Origin: Octopus sinensis
Taxonomy: Eukaryota
NCBI RefSeq assembly: GCF_006345805.1
Contig: NC_043004.1
Coordinates: forward strand, 76,756,001-76,820,000
DNA: 64,000 nucleotides
Reading direction: 5' to 3'
Shown here: piece after piece, positions 1 to 11,659 of the stretch
Position numbering within the stretch: the first letter of the stretch is position 1
How the letters are laid out: every line of letters begins with the position of its first letter
Notes under the pieces: model-generated
Told to the model about the DNA's origin: nothing
Seen by the model: only the letters and a program-made list of their open reading frames with translations
Database searches by the model: none
Translations under genes and position numbers: made by a program

Positions 1-669
1 TGAAGCAGTAGTCCTAGTTGCTGTAACCGTAATGGTAGCAGTGACAACAACTCTGGCACGTGTGCATATGGGGCTTTGTCTAAAGTCTTTCATGCATCCA
101 AGTGATGGGCTCCTATTAACAAACTGGATTGATTTAAAAGGGAGAAGCAGACTCTATGTATATAGCTACATCATCAGTGCCTTCCTTGATTATGTTTATC
201 TCTGTAAACAGTTATGACAACTATACGGGTAGTGGTGACAATGAATATCAGCAACAGTAAGGAATGCTCAGTAAGCTCAAGAGCATGTATGATTATAGTG
301 GTAAAAGTAGTAGAAGCAATAGAAGGAATGATATTCTTAAAGAAATAGTTTCAAAAAAAATTATGCTGGTTACAATGTTGTTGGTAGTGGTGCTGCTGGG
401 GATGGAAATAACAATAAAAATTATTCTGGAAGTATTGAAAGAAGAAACAATTAAGATATGAGCTAAGATGAATATAATGATAATAATTACTGCTAGTATT
501 TTGGTTAGCTTTCCTTATAGTTATAGAAAAATATAAGAGATGAGCACAAGGTGTAAAGCTAGGTTTTTAAAGAACATTTATTTTATACTTTTAATTACGT
601 ATCATTTGATGAAAAAATTACACATGAGTAGATCTATGCCTTCAAGAAAGGCATGAACCTCATAGTAAT

Positions 670-985
670 ATGTAACAGGTCAGGTGTTGGAGCATGTGCC
701 ACTGCAAGTGCATTTCTGCATTCACTGTTTGTCAGTATATTCCTGGGTCCTCCCAGGCAACCCATTGAGCAGAGTCTCATTCAGTCCCCATCTCTGTGAG
801 ATACCTCCTCAGCTGCTGTGACCATGTGGCATATGGTCGACCAACACAAGTTGCCAACCCAGCTGAACCCTCAGTGAAGACAACATGGTAAGCAGCATTT
901 AACTCGGAAAATCAAGCAACATGGCCAAAGAGTCAGAGCTGGCACTCCTGAATCATACAATGGACAGGATGTATCACCCTTCAAA
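670..985 (-). mobile_element. RTE-clade LINE 3' fragment (C-terminus of ORF, TGACC-type tail), degenerate
   Basis: Minus-strand translation ...QECQL*LFGHVA*F...VGRPYATWSQQLRRYLTEMG...AWEDPG...TVNA resembles the RTE C-terminal LRLFGHVAR...GRP..TW motif; ends in CACCTGACCTG; several stops. Confidence 0.6.
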
Positions 986-1428
986 AAATGTTGGGCTTCA
1001 TAACTATGTAACAAATCAATTTTAATATTGTTGGAAACAAATATTTATTTATATTAATCAGGATGTCATATTGTTGGAATGGACAAAAATTATTAATTGA
1101 TATATGAACACACCAAATTCTAATTTTGTAGATATTTATCTTACTTAGTTTAAAATACGTGAAATAATAGGAAACAATAAAACAATGAAAATAAAAAAAT
1201 GAAACATTCCATAAAGTCCAGTATTTAATTATTTTAAATTGATACAGAACTAGGTTAATTTTAATACTAGTCAAAATGTGAGTTTTTCATTGCTATGAGA
1301 ATTAAAATTTAATTGTTTTAATCTGCATACAAACCACACATACACACACAACACATTATGTTATATGTATATAGACATAAACAGATAGATATGAATACAT
1401 GTGAATATATTTGTGTGTGTGTGTGTGT

Positions 1429-1460
<32 letters not shown>

Positions 1461-1466
1461 CATATA

Positions 1467-1640
1467 CATGGTTAAGAAGTTCACTTCCCAACTATGTAGT
1501 TTCAGGTTTAATTCCACTGCACAGCAACTTGGTCAAATATCTTCTACTCTAGCTCTGGGCCAACCAAAGTCATGTGAGTGGATTTTGTGCACACAAACTA
1601 AAAGAAGCTTGTCACATACTTACACACATACAAGCATATA
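1467..1640 (+). mobile_element. tRNA-derived SINE, family A (5' half)
   Basis: TGGTTAAGAAG...CAGGTTTAATTCCACTG...CCAAAGTCATGTGAGTGGATTTTG...AAACTAAAAGAAGC matches the head of the full copy at 41447-41885; flanked by (GT)n and (CA)n. Confidence 0.7.
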
Positions 1641-2123
1641 ATATATATGTCAGTGCACACATGCACACACACACATGTATGAATGTGTATGTATATATAT
1701 TTGTATGTGTCTGTGTGTTAGCATTTGTTTTTTGAAAACTGGTAAGTTACAACCAGCGATGTTGCATTTTCCCTATCTGCAAATCATCCACTGGTTTTGC
1801 TTTTTCAAAGATGTGTAGAATATGAAATCCCTTACTAAAAACAAACAAACAAAATAGCCGAAACAAAAAAAGATATCGGTTAACAACAAGAAAAGCATCT
1901 GGCTATAAAAAACATTGCTTTAAAAATGTATTTGTATAGCCCATGCAAACATAAAATGACAGGAACATGCGTGTGTGTGTGAGTGTATTAATGTTTGTTT
2001 TTATGTTCAGTTATAATAAAAACTATTTTACATTAATCTATGGGTTACTCTATATTTTTGTAGAGTAGAAATTTATTATTCTTTATACATTTATATAAAA
2101 TGACATGAACACATATGCGTGTG

Positions 2124-2162
<39 letters not shown>

Positions 2163-2309
2163 TGTGTGTGTGTGTGTGAGTGTGTGTGTGTGTGTGTGTA
2201 CATGTGTGTGTATATATATATATATATTTATTTATTTTTATATGTGTCTGACAGCGTAGGATACGTGCTACTCATTCTTATAGTAAATCAAGTTGTACAA
2301 CAAGAAGGT

Positions 2310-3200
2310 ATCACAGACAGAACAGGTAGAGGGCAGAGCAGCCTTATCATCAACTCATCAACTGCCACAAGAGCAAAGGTAATGCACTGGCAACAGAGAA
2401 AACTACAGGTAAATTGTTGAAACAGGTTATGAAAGTTACAGAAAAGGTTGTAGCCCTAATTAATTAGGAACAGAAATAGCCAAGTTGAGATACAATCAGC
2501 TTTGTACCAACTAGATGTACTATTGATGCCTTCTTCCTAATGAGACAACTTCAGGAGAAGTATGTAGCTAGTAATAACCCCCTATATCTAGCATTTGTCA
2601 TCCTGCAGGAGGCCTTTGATAGAGTTTCACACTCTGTAACCTGATAGTCACAAAAGAAACTAGGCCTTGATGAGTGACATGTGCCGGGGCATATGAGCCA
2701 CGTACAAGAGGTGCAGTGAGTAATGAGTTTAGTGAGCAATTTAGTCTGTTTTGGGGCTCAGTTCTCACACCCCATTTGATTATTATAGTGCTCCATGTAA
2801 AATAGAGAAGTTTAAAATTGAATGTCAATGGAAATCTCTATATGCTGATGATAAATGAGTAGAAGATTTACAGAAGAAATTCTAGATAGGGTAGCAAACC
2901 ATAGAACCAAGAAACCTCAAAGTCAACTTAGCAAAGAAGGACACAGCTACCATCAGTAGACAGAAATTTCATATAGTCTACCCTGTATAAACTATGGAGA
3001 CATAAATGGCATTGTGGGATCACAGACGGGCTAACACAGGAGGTCAAATTTTGGGGTGGCCCCATAATAGCAGTAAGAATACACAGGAAATCAATTTCTT
3101 CAGTAGGATCACTAGAAGTTGGGAATCAGTTTTGTTAACTAGGTAATCCAATTAGCAGTGTAAATACAGCACTGAAAAATTTCAGGAAACTATTCTCTCT
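2310..3200 (+). mobile_element. RTE LINE reverse-transcriptase fragment, degenerate
   Basis: Frames give NCHKSKGNAL..ENYR, FFLMRQLQEKYVASNNPLYLAFVILQEAFDRV, GSVL.P.L.IIVL, LYADD (2837-2851), LKVNLAK and GSLEV..FC.LG; many stops and frameshifts. Confidence 0.85.
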
Positions 3201-3988
3201 GCCAATATCAGTCAAGTTCACACTCATGCTTTCCTCTCTGATACTCATACTCTCTCCTCTTCCACCCCTTTGGTCATCACTCTTCAATTCATGATCTCAA
3301 TCACATTTGTCATGAAAAGACAGAAACTACATACAATGAAAAGGACTCTTTGGTCTTATTGAGAATATGACAACCTCTTCAATATTGTACCCAATACACT
3401 CTGTAAAGTATTTGGTAAGAGAAATAGGAACATGTACAAGAGGAAGGCCTTGAAACTGCACATTCTTTCTTTATGATCTCTAAAATCTATTGGTATCTTA
3501 TTATGTAGGACTTCTGATTGCCAGCACTTGCACAGGGAAGCTGTTTGTAAGTCTTTGGTCTAACTGAGGATATGACAACCTTTCTAGTGTTTGTGCACTA
3601 TAAGCAACATATGGTTCTCTGAGTTATCAAGGAAAGCTTCATCAAATTTTACATCTCTTTTTCCGTGATGGTATAGGTTAGAGGGGTACCATAGTGTCAA
3701 GTCATTTGTCCATGCTCTTTTTTTTTTCTGGCACACACAAAAACAGAGCGAAATAGATACATCTCTAATTGTACCTGTCATGTTTTGTGTGTGTGTGTGT
3801 TTTTTTTTTGGTGGGAGTTTTGAAACTTTGAAATGGTTTTTGCAACTGGTTGTATTTCTTTGCACCAGACACTTTAGAGCATGGAATAGTGCATTTTTCA
3901 TATCACCAACACAAGAGGTTATCCCTGGCAAAACAAATGATTCCTTACAGTGCTTTGTTATGTCCATTCACTTCCTTGTTTTTCCATA

Positions 3989-4020
<32 letters not shown>

Positions 4021-4194
4021 TAAAGAGGAGAAATTCAAATTTTGTATATTGCTATTCAAAACAAGTGCACTTATATCAAACTCTGAAAGAATCATAAAAC
4101 AAAAAGTTATAATCTGTACAAAATGTCAAACTTGTACTGTCTTGATTCAGCTTATCCAAATCCCCCTTTATATCCCACTGTTTTAAAAAATTTG

Positions 4195-4380
4195 AAGGTA
4201 TGTGGCCTAGTACTTAGGATGTTGCACTCATGACCATGGTTTCAATTACTGGGCTGGGAAGTGTGTTGTGTTCTTGAGCAAAAAACTTCATTTTACATTG
4301 CTTCAATCCATTCAATTGTAAACAAATAATCCTGCAATGAACTGATGCCTGATTCCAGAGGAATGATGTAATATCAATCA
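4195..4380 (+). mobile_element. tRNA-derived SINE (separate family), degenerate
   Basis: A-box-like TGGCCTAGTACTTAGG and B-box-like GGTTTCAATTAC, followed by GTGTTGTGTTCTTGAGCAAAAAACTT core. Confidence 0.5.
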
Positions 4381-5004
4381 CTTACAGGGCCAGGTAAACA
4401 ATATGGAAATTGGTTACCTGGCCCTGTAAGTCCTGTGACTTAAGACAGTAATGGCCAGGGTTATAAAAATTAGGATGGAAAAACTGGATATTGAAGTTCT
4501 AAATATAGTATCCCACAACAAAAAAGAATGGTTGGTCTTAATAGTAACACCTTTGAGTATAGGTTCGCTTGATCAGAGCTAAGATGGGGCTAAACAGTAA
4601 CAACAATAACAAGGGTATTTAATTATGTATTATTTCAAAAATAGGTTTATAATCATATAGTTACATACTTAGACTTGTGTCATGGTTTCTTTGGCAATTA
4701 GTTAGAGATACTTCAAGCAAATGCACTACCTAATAAATAATTATTATAATCAGATTACTATATTTTATCAGTATTATGTATTGGTCAAAATATACTGGAA
4801 ACAATTTTAAATGGAATGAAAATGAGACATGAGGTTTTCTTTCACAGGTTGTAGTCATTGGACTGCAACTAGTGCTTGTGATTTGCCTTCAAAAGGTTTT
4901 AGTTTTTTTCTTTTCTGCCCCTCCATTATAGTTTAACCCCTCATCTCTTGGTACAAAGACACCTTCCTCAATACCATTGCTTCTCTTAGTTGCAGGGTTT
5001 TTGT

Positions 5005-5213
5005 CTTGCAAGTTATTTGGTGACGTTGCCAGTGCAAGCACCACCTAAAACACACCCTGTACACTCAGTGAAATGGTTGACATAAGGAAGGGCATCCAGC
5101 CATAGAAACCATACCGAAACAGACAATTGGAGCTGGTGTAGCTCTCTGGCTTGCCAGTTCTGTCAACTGTCCAATCCAAGCCAGCATGGAAATGAACATT
5201 AAACAATGATGAT
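5005..5213 (+). mobile_element. RTE 3'-UTR/tail copy ending in (GAT)n
   Basis: CACTCAGTGAAATGGTTGACATAAGGAAGGGCATCCAGCCATAGAAACC...CCAGCATGGAAATGAACATTAAACAATGATGAT, same as the 3' end of the RTE at 56774-58100. Confidence 0.8.
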
Positions 5214-5228
5214 ATATATGTGTATATA

Positions 5229-5480
5229 TCATCATCATCATTATTGTTTGACACCTGTTTTCCTTGCTGGCATGGTTTGGACAGTTTGACAGGAGCTGGC
5301 AGACTGGAGAGCAACACCAGGCTCCAGTTGTCTGTTTTAGCTTGGTTTCTATGGCTTGATGCTCTACCTGATGCCAACCATTTTGCAGAATGATACTGGT
5401 GCTTTTTATGTGGCGTCAGCATGGGAGCTTCTTGTGTAGCACCAGAACGGTGCTTATTACATAATACCAGCACAGGTGCT
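5229..5480 (-). mobile_element. RTE 3'-UTR/tail copy, tail-to-tail with the previous copy
   Basis: (CAT)n then CTGTTTTCCTTGCTGGCATGGTTTGG...TTTCTATGGCTTGATGCTCTACCTGATGCCAACCA, the reverse complement of the tail consensus. Confidence 0.8.
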
Positions 5481-5604
5481 GTTTATATATACTGACTGAA
5501 TAAGATAAGGAACTAAATCAACCTGTTACTCAATTTGTGTTGAGTGCTACTTCCAGTCATACAGCTCATTTGTGTGTGTGTGTGTGTGTGCACAATTAAT
5601 TTCT

Positions 5605-5818
5605 GGTGGTGTAAAGTGCTCATGGTGGTGCCACATAAAAATGCCCCATGTAGTGCCATGTGAAAACACTTGTCTGGTATCATGTAAAAGCACCCAGCAC
5701 ACTTTGTAAAATGGTTGATGTTAGGAAGGGCAGCTCTTTAGCCTGTCAGTTCTAGTCAAACTGTCTAACCCATGTCACAGCATGGACAAAGGATGTTAAA
5801 TGACGATGATGATGATAA
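5605..5818 (+). mobile_element. RTE 3'-UTR/tail copy
   Basis: GGTGCCACATAAAA/AAAAGCACCC modules, GTTAGGAAGGGC, ends GGATGTTAAATGACGATGATGAT. Confidence 0.75.
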
Positions 5819-8800
5819 TATACACACACACACAAAACAAAGCAAATACAAATAACAACAACAAAAGTCAAAGGAATGTTCACAGTTAATATTAGTGACA
5901 TGCAAGAAGGAAAAAAATTAGAAAGAAAAAGTTAATGCCTCCATCCTAGTCTTTCATAGGAAACCAGAGGAAAAGAGATAAAAAGAGAGATGAGAGCCAG
6001 GTAAAAAAAATGCATGTGGGTGAAGTTCACATTCTCACCATTATCATCATTGTATCATTGTCTGCTTTTCCTATGCTGGTATTGGTTAGGCAAAACTCTT
6101 GGAGGTAGTGATCTATAACTGCGAGTCTTTCTTGATACCAACCCTTATATTTAAGTAAAATATTTTAATCTACTAATCTTCCTTTGCATAAGCCACTGAG
6201 TTGCTGGATAGATTGTACAAGTAGAACATAAATGGCATCAGTGCCCAAGCAGTGGAAAAGCACACAGAAACAAACACACATATTTACATATATACTACCC
6301 CTGTGTGTAAATATCATTCTGACTGAGTAAAAAAAGTTAATGAAATATAACAAAGCAGACAGATATAAAATAACTATGCAGGAGAAAAGTGCTCAGTAGA
6401 TAAATTAGCAGAGTATTAGATAAAATAAATTATTATTTTAAATTTTCTTTTAATTTAGAGGTCAGCAAAAAAAATATGTCTGAACTAAATGTTGTCACAT
6501 GATATAAATTGCTGAAAGCTAAAGCACTGATCCTAATGCTTATTTATTTATTTTTAAATCTCGTGACTAATAAATAAAATAAAAACTGCTTTTATTTTCT
6601 TATTCAAGGGCATCAAGCTTCTGAAAATGTATCACAGTGAAGCATGATAATGAATATAAAAATATGCAATGACTGTAGAAGAACGGGTGAAGTGTGACCA
6701 ATTAATGACTAGAGAAATAGGCCATGTATGTGAACCAAGAAATCAAAATACAGACATTTAATGCAAACTAAAAATATTCATTAGATGAAAATAACGAAAT
6801 AATGAAAGATGACATTTAGTATTCTAAGGTATACAAAAGAAAATTTGAGGAAAAATGGTTCGTTCACACCTTAGAAAATGAGGACTTCTCAAAGGGCAGG
6901 TATACATAGAAATGTACTGATGTGCTAATTTACCAGACACAAAAGGGACAAAACAGATGTTAAATCTTTTGCAAAACGAAGGAAGAGGCGAGGTGGGGGG
7001 ATAATGGAGAAGCAGAAGACAAGTTGAATAATTTATAGTGTCCTTATAAAATAAAGCTGTATTTCAGCAATTTATTAACTCTTTATAATAGCAATATAAG
7101 AGAAGTATGACAATGTTCATCACAGTATGGTCACAATTCATTCCAGTTGCTACCCACAAGAAAAAGAGATAAATAAATAGAATAGAATAATGAAACCGGA
7201 ATACATCACGAAACTTGATTGGTTGAAAATTGTATTGAATGTGGATTATAATTTTCAGAAAGCTACTTGTAAAAGAAGGATTAATTATAACTTAAAGTGG
7301 ATTAGTCTAAATTATAAATCCAATTCAGATATGAGAAAACGAAAATGAAAACAATAATTGTTATAATGACATTTAGATTTTTAAATATTTTAATATTATC
7401 AAAAGTAGTTAGACTGAATGTTAAATATTATTTCATTATGTTGTATATTCTGAGCATCGGTCTTACCTAATTTGACATTGCTTTCATCTTATGCAGGAAG
7501 CAAGTCAATAAAATAAACACCAATAATACATTGCAGTTAATTTAATAAGACCTAAGTCCAATTTTGGCTTTGGGCCTTATTAAATGAAACTAATATTATC
7601 TATCAAATAAAAAAAAAAATGTTTTTTCATATACTCATGTAAAGTATTATGAATTAAGCTCAGAATAGTAATTGAAAAGCAGAATTTATAAAGGTTTATC
7701 TTTAAACATAATTAAATACACAGTCCAATGTCTGAGATATAAAAAAATCATACATATGAGTTCTAACCTTACAAGATGCTAATTTAAATATTGCAGATGG
7801 AATAATCAATTATTTTCTCTGCTACATCATAACAAACAATTAATCTTATTCAATGGATGAAACTCAGCGCAGTAAACTGAAACCAGTTTGGATTGTTGTC
7901 AAGAGCATACCTTGTTTATTTCTTATTAGCAATAAATTATTTATGAACTGTTGTTCTCTCTTATCCCTTCACTTGCTCTTTGTTTCACGTTATCTGTTCT
8001 GTATTCTGTTTTTGCTTGTGTATTTACAAATATATACATCAACATCATCATCAATTAAAGTCTGTTGTCCATGCTGGCATAGGTTGGACATACATACATA
8101 CACACACACGCATACATACATACATACATGCATACATATATATATATACACACACATACAATTACATATACACACACACGTATGTGCACACACTCCTCAA
8201 AAAAAAAAAAGGAGACATTGCCTCTCCTCTATTTTACTATTTAATTGCCATCACTCTTTAGTCTTCATTCACTCAATCCTCATTTTCACAAGATAGTGGT
8301 GCAGCACTACTGCAAAATGGTCCTTCAGTGTCCTGACAATAAATTCACAGCACTGAGGATGACGTGGTTATTCCTACCATTTTCAGAGTTACAACTAGTG
8401 TTGCACTTGAAACAGCAGCATCTGAGGCTTGATACAAGTTGCCATTTCTTTGATAATTCATCTCAAGTCAGAAAACCCTAAAACAGATCTTATAGTAACA
8501 TGTGTAACTGTTGGGCTATTCATACTACACAACCAGTCTAAAGCTTTCCTTTCTGCACTCACAGAGGGGTCCACTTCTGGTATAGAACACATGTTTCCAT
8601 ATGGTCAACTCCAGCTGATAGAAACAGCATCACTTCAAACATCAAGGAAGCCTTCTTTCAGCTGCTCTTTTTGCGAGTATATGAAAGCTGCCCCACAATT
8701 TGTTCCAATATAGAGTTATATTACTCTCCTCCTTACTAGTTTCTTAATGCATTACAAAAGTAAAGATGCCATTTTCCTTGCAACACAACACTTCTGTGCC

Positions 8801-8949
8801 CTTTTTTATTCCAGGAGTTAACCTAAATCAATCATCTGATTAATGGTAACAACAAAACTACTGCAGTTGCTGTTGCCATTTGCAACAACATTTGCATTTG
8901 AATTGTCCTTTACTATGCATCTATTTGTATATAGGTGATTATTAAAAGT

Positions 8950-9070
8950 TCAGTACTTCAACAGTACCTCATTTTATCAACTCTGGAAGGATGAAAGCCA
9001 AAAGCTGACCTAGCTGGATTTGAACTCAGATCATAAGCATATGTAACTAAATACTACAAATCATTTTCTC
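8950..9070 (-). mobile_element. Core-domain tRNA-SINE, family B fragment
   Basis: GTACCTCATTTTATCAACTCTGGAAGGATGAAAGCC...GGATTTGAACTCAG is the reverse complement of the family B core seen at 52460-52690. Confidence 0.6.
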
Positions 9071-11439
9071 TGGTATTGTGCTGATAATAAAACAAATACA
9101 CAGTCAATCTCACCAGGACTTTCACATACCCAACTTAAAGGAAATAGCAGTATTAGATATTGCACATGTATTACATAGAATATTTTCAATAAAAGAGAAA
9201 ATACAAAAACAAAATAAAATAGTGTGTGTTCCCAATGCACAGAGAGCTGTGCTTGGTTGAGCAGTGAAGTTATGCACTAAAAATAAGATCTCTGAACAAT
9301 AATAAATTCTTTTATGTGCCAGAGGGATGCTAGCTGAAAAGGGATATTACAAAGACAGGTTCTACATAGTGCAGAAGTTCACATAAAATTGGATGAAGGG
9401 ATAAAAAAGAATATGATGTATATATGGATGATATAATCTTCCTGATACAGGATTACCTCCATCTCAAGGTAATCAAGGAGCTTCACAGTCCAAAGTCAAT
9501 CTGACCACTGAAAGTAAATGTCCTTCTCCAACTGTTGCTCACCAATTTTTTTTCCAGCAGAACTTAAAAAGTTGATGCAGACCTGACCAAAGAGGAAAGT
9601 ATCTACATCCAGTTCTTTAAACCTTGGTTATTAAACCATCTCTTTTACTGTAGACAGAGGAAAACTGCTTACTTTACTCAATTAAAGTAGAGCAGTAGGG
9701 CAGTTTTCATGATGGACTCAATTGCGAGCCAAATCTGGCCTATATTCAACAACAACTGTTTGACATATATCAGAAACCAGCAATGTATGAACACTGAATG
9801 GGTACATGAAGAATTGTTCCATTGCTCAGAATACATCTCAAACAGTCCTGTCCAATGATACTCCCATATCAGAGTTTTTCTCAAACTGTTTCTACTCCTT
9901 GGTAGCACTACCAAGTTAAGGATTTCTGTAAATTGTCATACTAGTCCCCACACTTAAATCATCTAGAATAGACCAGCTACTTCATCCTAATAGATAACCC
10001 TGAGTTATCTATTAGGATGAAGTTAGGTGAACTGAGTCAATGTAAAATAATGTTTTACCTAAAAGCAATGAAATGCAATGAAATACCTGCAATAAATTTG
10101 AATTACTGACTTACAAATGAGTAACCCAAAACCTAATCTAGTTACATACTGATAGATTGTGACCTTTGTTTATTCTTCATTTACTATTACAACAATCTCT
10201 GCTCCTCTGAGCACTGACCCCTATACCATGACCACCATAACTCAATTGATGTATCTACATTGTCTCCTCTGATCTCAATTACCCATGTTGGTTCTAAACT
10301 CTTTCTTCAATCGTTTCCAGAACCATATCCTTTTTAAATTCTACCTCTGGCAATATTTTACCCCTTGAACCACAAACTTGTAATTAATCAATTGAAACAT
10401 TAACTAATTATCCCCAAACTTTTGTCATCTTACTCAGACAAACTAAAGAAAAAAAACAATTAGTGAAATATTCATGAAACTATATTATGTTGAAAGTCAG
10501 ATGATCTCAAAATTAATTGCAACATAAAAGCAGATGTATTGATTTAAAGTAAGATGGAACTTGAAGACAATTAATAGAATATAGGTTAGAATATAAAATA
10601 AAATTAATGTTTAAGGCTTTAGGTCACAGTTTCAGCATTGGTTCCTATGAAACAATGTTTACGTAGATTATTTTGGAAAACAAGTGACAGAGAATTCTAA
10701 TATAAAGTTGCTTGGTATATTCTCATATTTAAAGGAAGAACACCATAGCAACGATCTGTTAGTAGCCAAATAAATTAATTATTTCACTATTTTATCTATT
10801 GTTCTGCACAACCATTGCTTATAGCAATATGAATTGCCGATAGTTTCTCCATTAGTGGTCATGGCTCCACAAATATTTGTTCTCACACTGAATTCTCAGA
10901 CAGAAATTATAAAGATCATTGTGTTAGAGACTGTTCTCATTAAATAAGCATCAGCTGAAGTTGATGGATCTTTATTTTATTATTATAACTATTTTGTGTG
11001 TGAGGTGAGCTGATTGTCAAACCTAAATGCAGAATGTATTGATTTCATTGATTATCACTAAAACACCTTTATTTCATATAATATTATAATTGGCATGAAG
11101 TTTTTTTAAAAAAGTTTTTATTAGGCCAAATCTGCAATATTGTTGATAACTTAAACTATAAAGTCTCATGAATTATTAATTAAAGAAAGCATGAAAGATA
11201 ATTAAAATACTATTACAAATGCACACACACAAAAAAAAAATTAGTTATCCCTCATTGAATGGAAAGTTTAACTATATTTTTTCTCCTTGACAAAACATAT
11301 GCAGTACTATTGTTAATAAATATTATTTAAATACATAATATTTGGATTGAATACAAAACATTTCATCTTTAATTGAATTATGTCTCTAAATCTGTTTTCT
11401 TTTGTAAGGATCAGTAATGCCAGACTATGATTAACACTT

Positions 11440-11585
11440 TTAGCTTCAATCATCTACATTGAGAATTCAGATCCTATTGGCCTTCATGTCTGGAATCCAT
11501 AAGATAAGTACCAGTCATGTACTGAAACTGGTTTAATCATCTTAACCATTCTACTCCAAATTTTTTGCCTTTTGTCAGGGTCAAA
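11440..11585 (+). mobile_element. Core-domain tRNA-SINE, family B, degenerate
   Basis: GCCTTCATGTCTGGAATCCATAAGATAAGTACCAG matches the family B core. Confidence 0.45.
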
Positions 11586-11659
11586 AATATTTCCTTTTGT
11601 TCATAAAAAAGTTAGGAACGGTCTTGCCAATAGCATGTATAGTCCCTTCAGACAGACAG

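Noticed and set aside
1358-2420. ORFs rich in CV/HT/YI dipeptides here and throughout (e.g. 7853-8296, 27418-27886, 56259-56715, 58915-59388)
   Set aside because: They are translations of (GT)n, (CA)n, (TA)n and (GA)n microsatellites, not genes.
3349-3581. Two ~28-bp direct repeats (TTTGGTCT..TGAG.ATATGACAACCT) about 205 bp apart, suggesting LTR- or CRISPR-like structure
   Set aside because: The second encodes GLTEDMTT, the RTE ORF C-terminus, and the first is followed by tail-like sequence; they are two adjacent RTE 3' fragments.
3584-3967. 127-aa minus-strand ORF that looks protein-like
   Set aside because: It runs through a (GT)/poly-T tract, has no recognisable domain and no convincing splice sites.
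8250-8750. GC-balanced stretch with hints of MULE (CCFYQLELTIWKHV) or integrase (PRHPQCCEFIVRTLK) motifs on the minus strand
   Set aside because: The motifs are in different frames with many stops and point to different families; probably a decayed element, but it cannot be assigned without a search.
9418-9450. VYMDDIIF reverse-transcriptase-like motif
   Set aside because: No neighbouring RT motifs in any frame; consistent with chance in TA-rich sequence.
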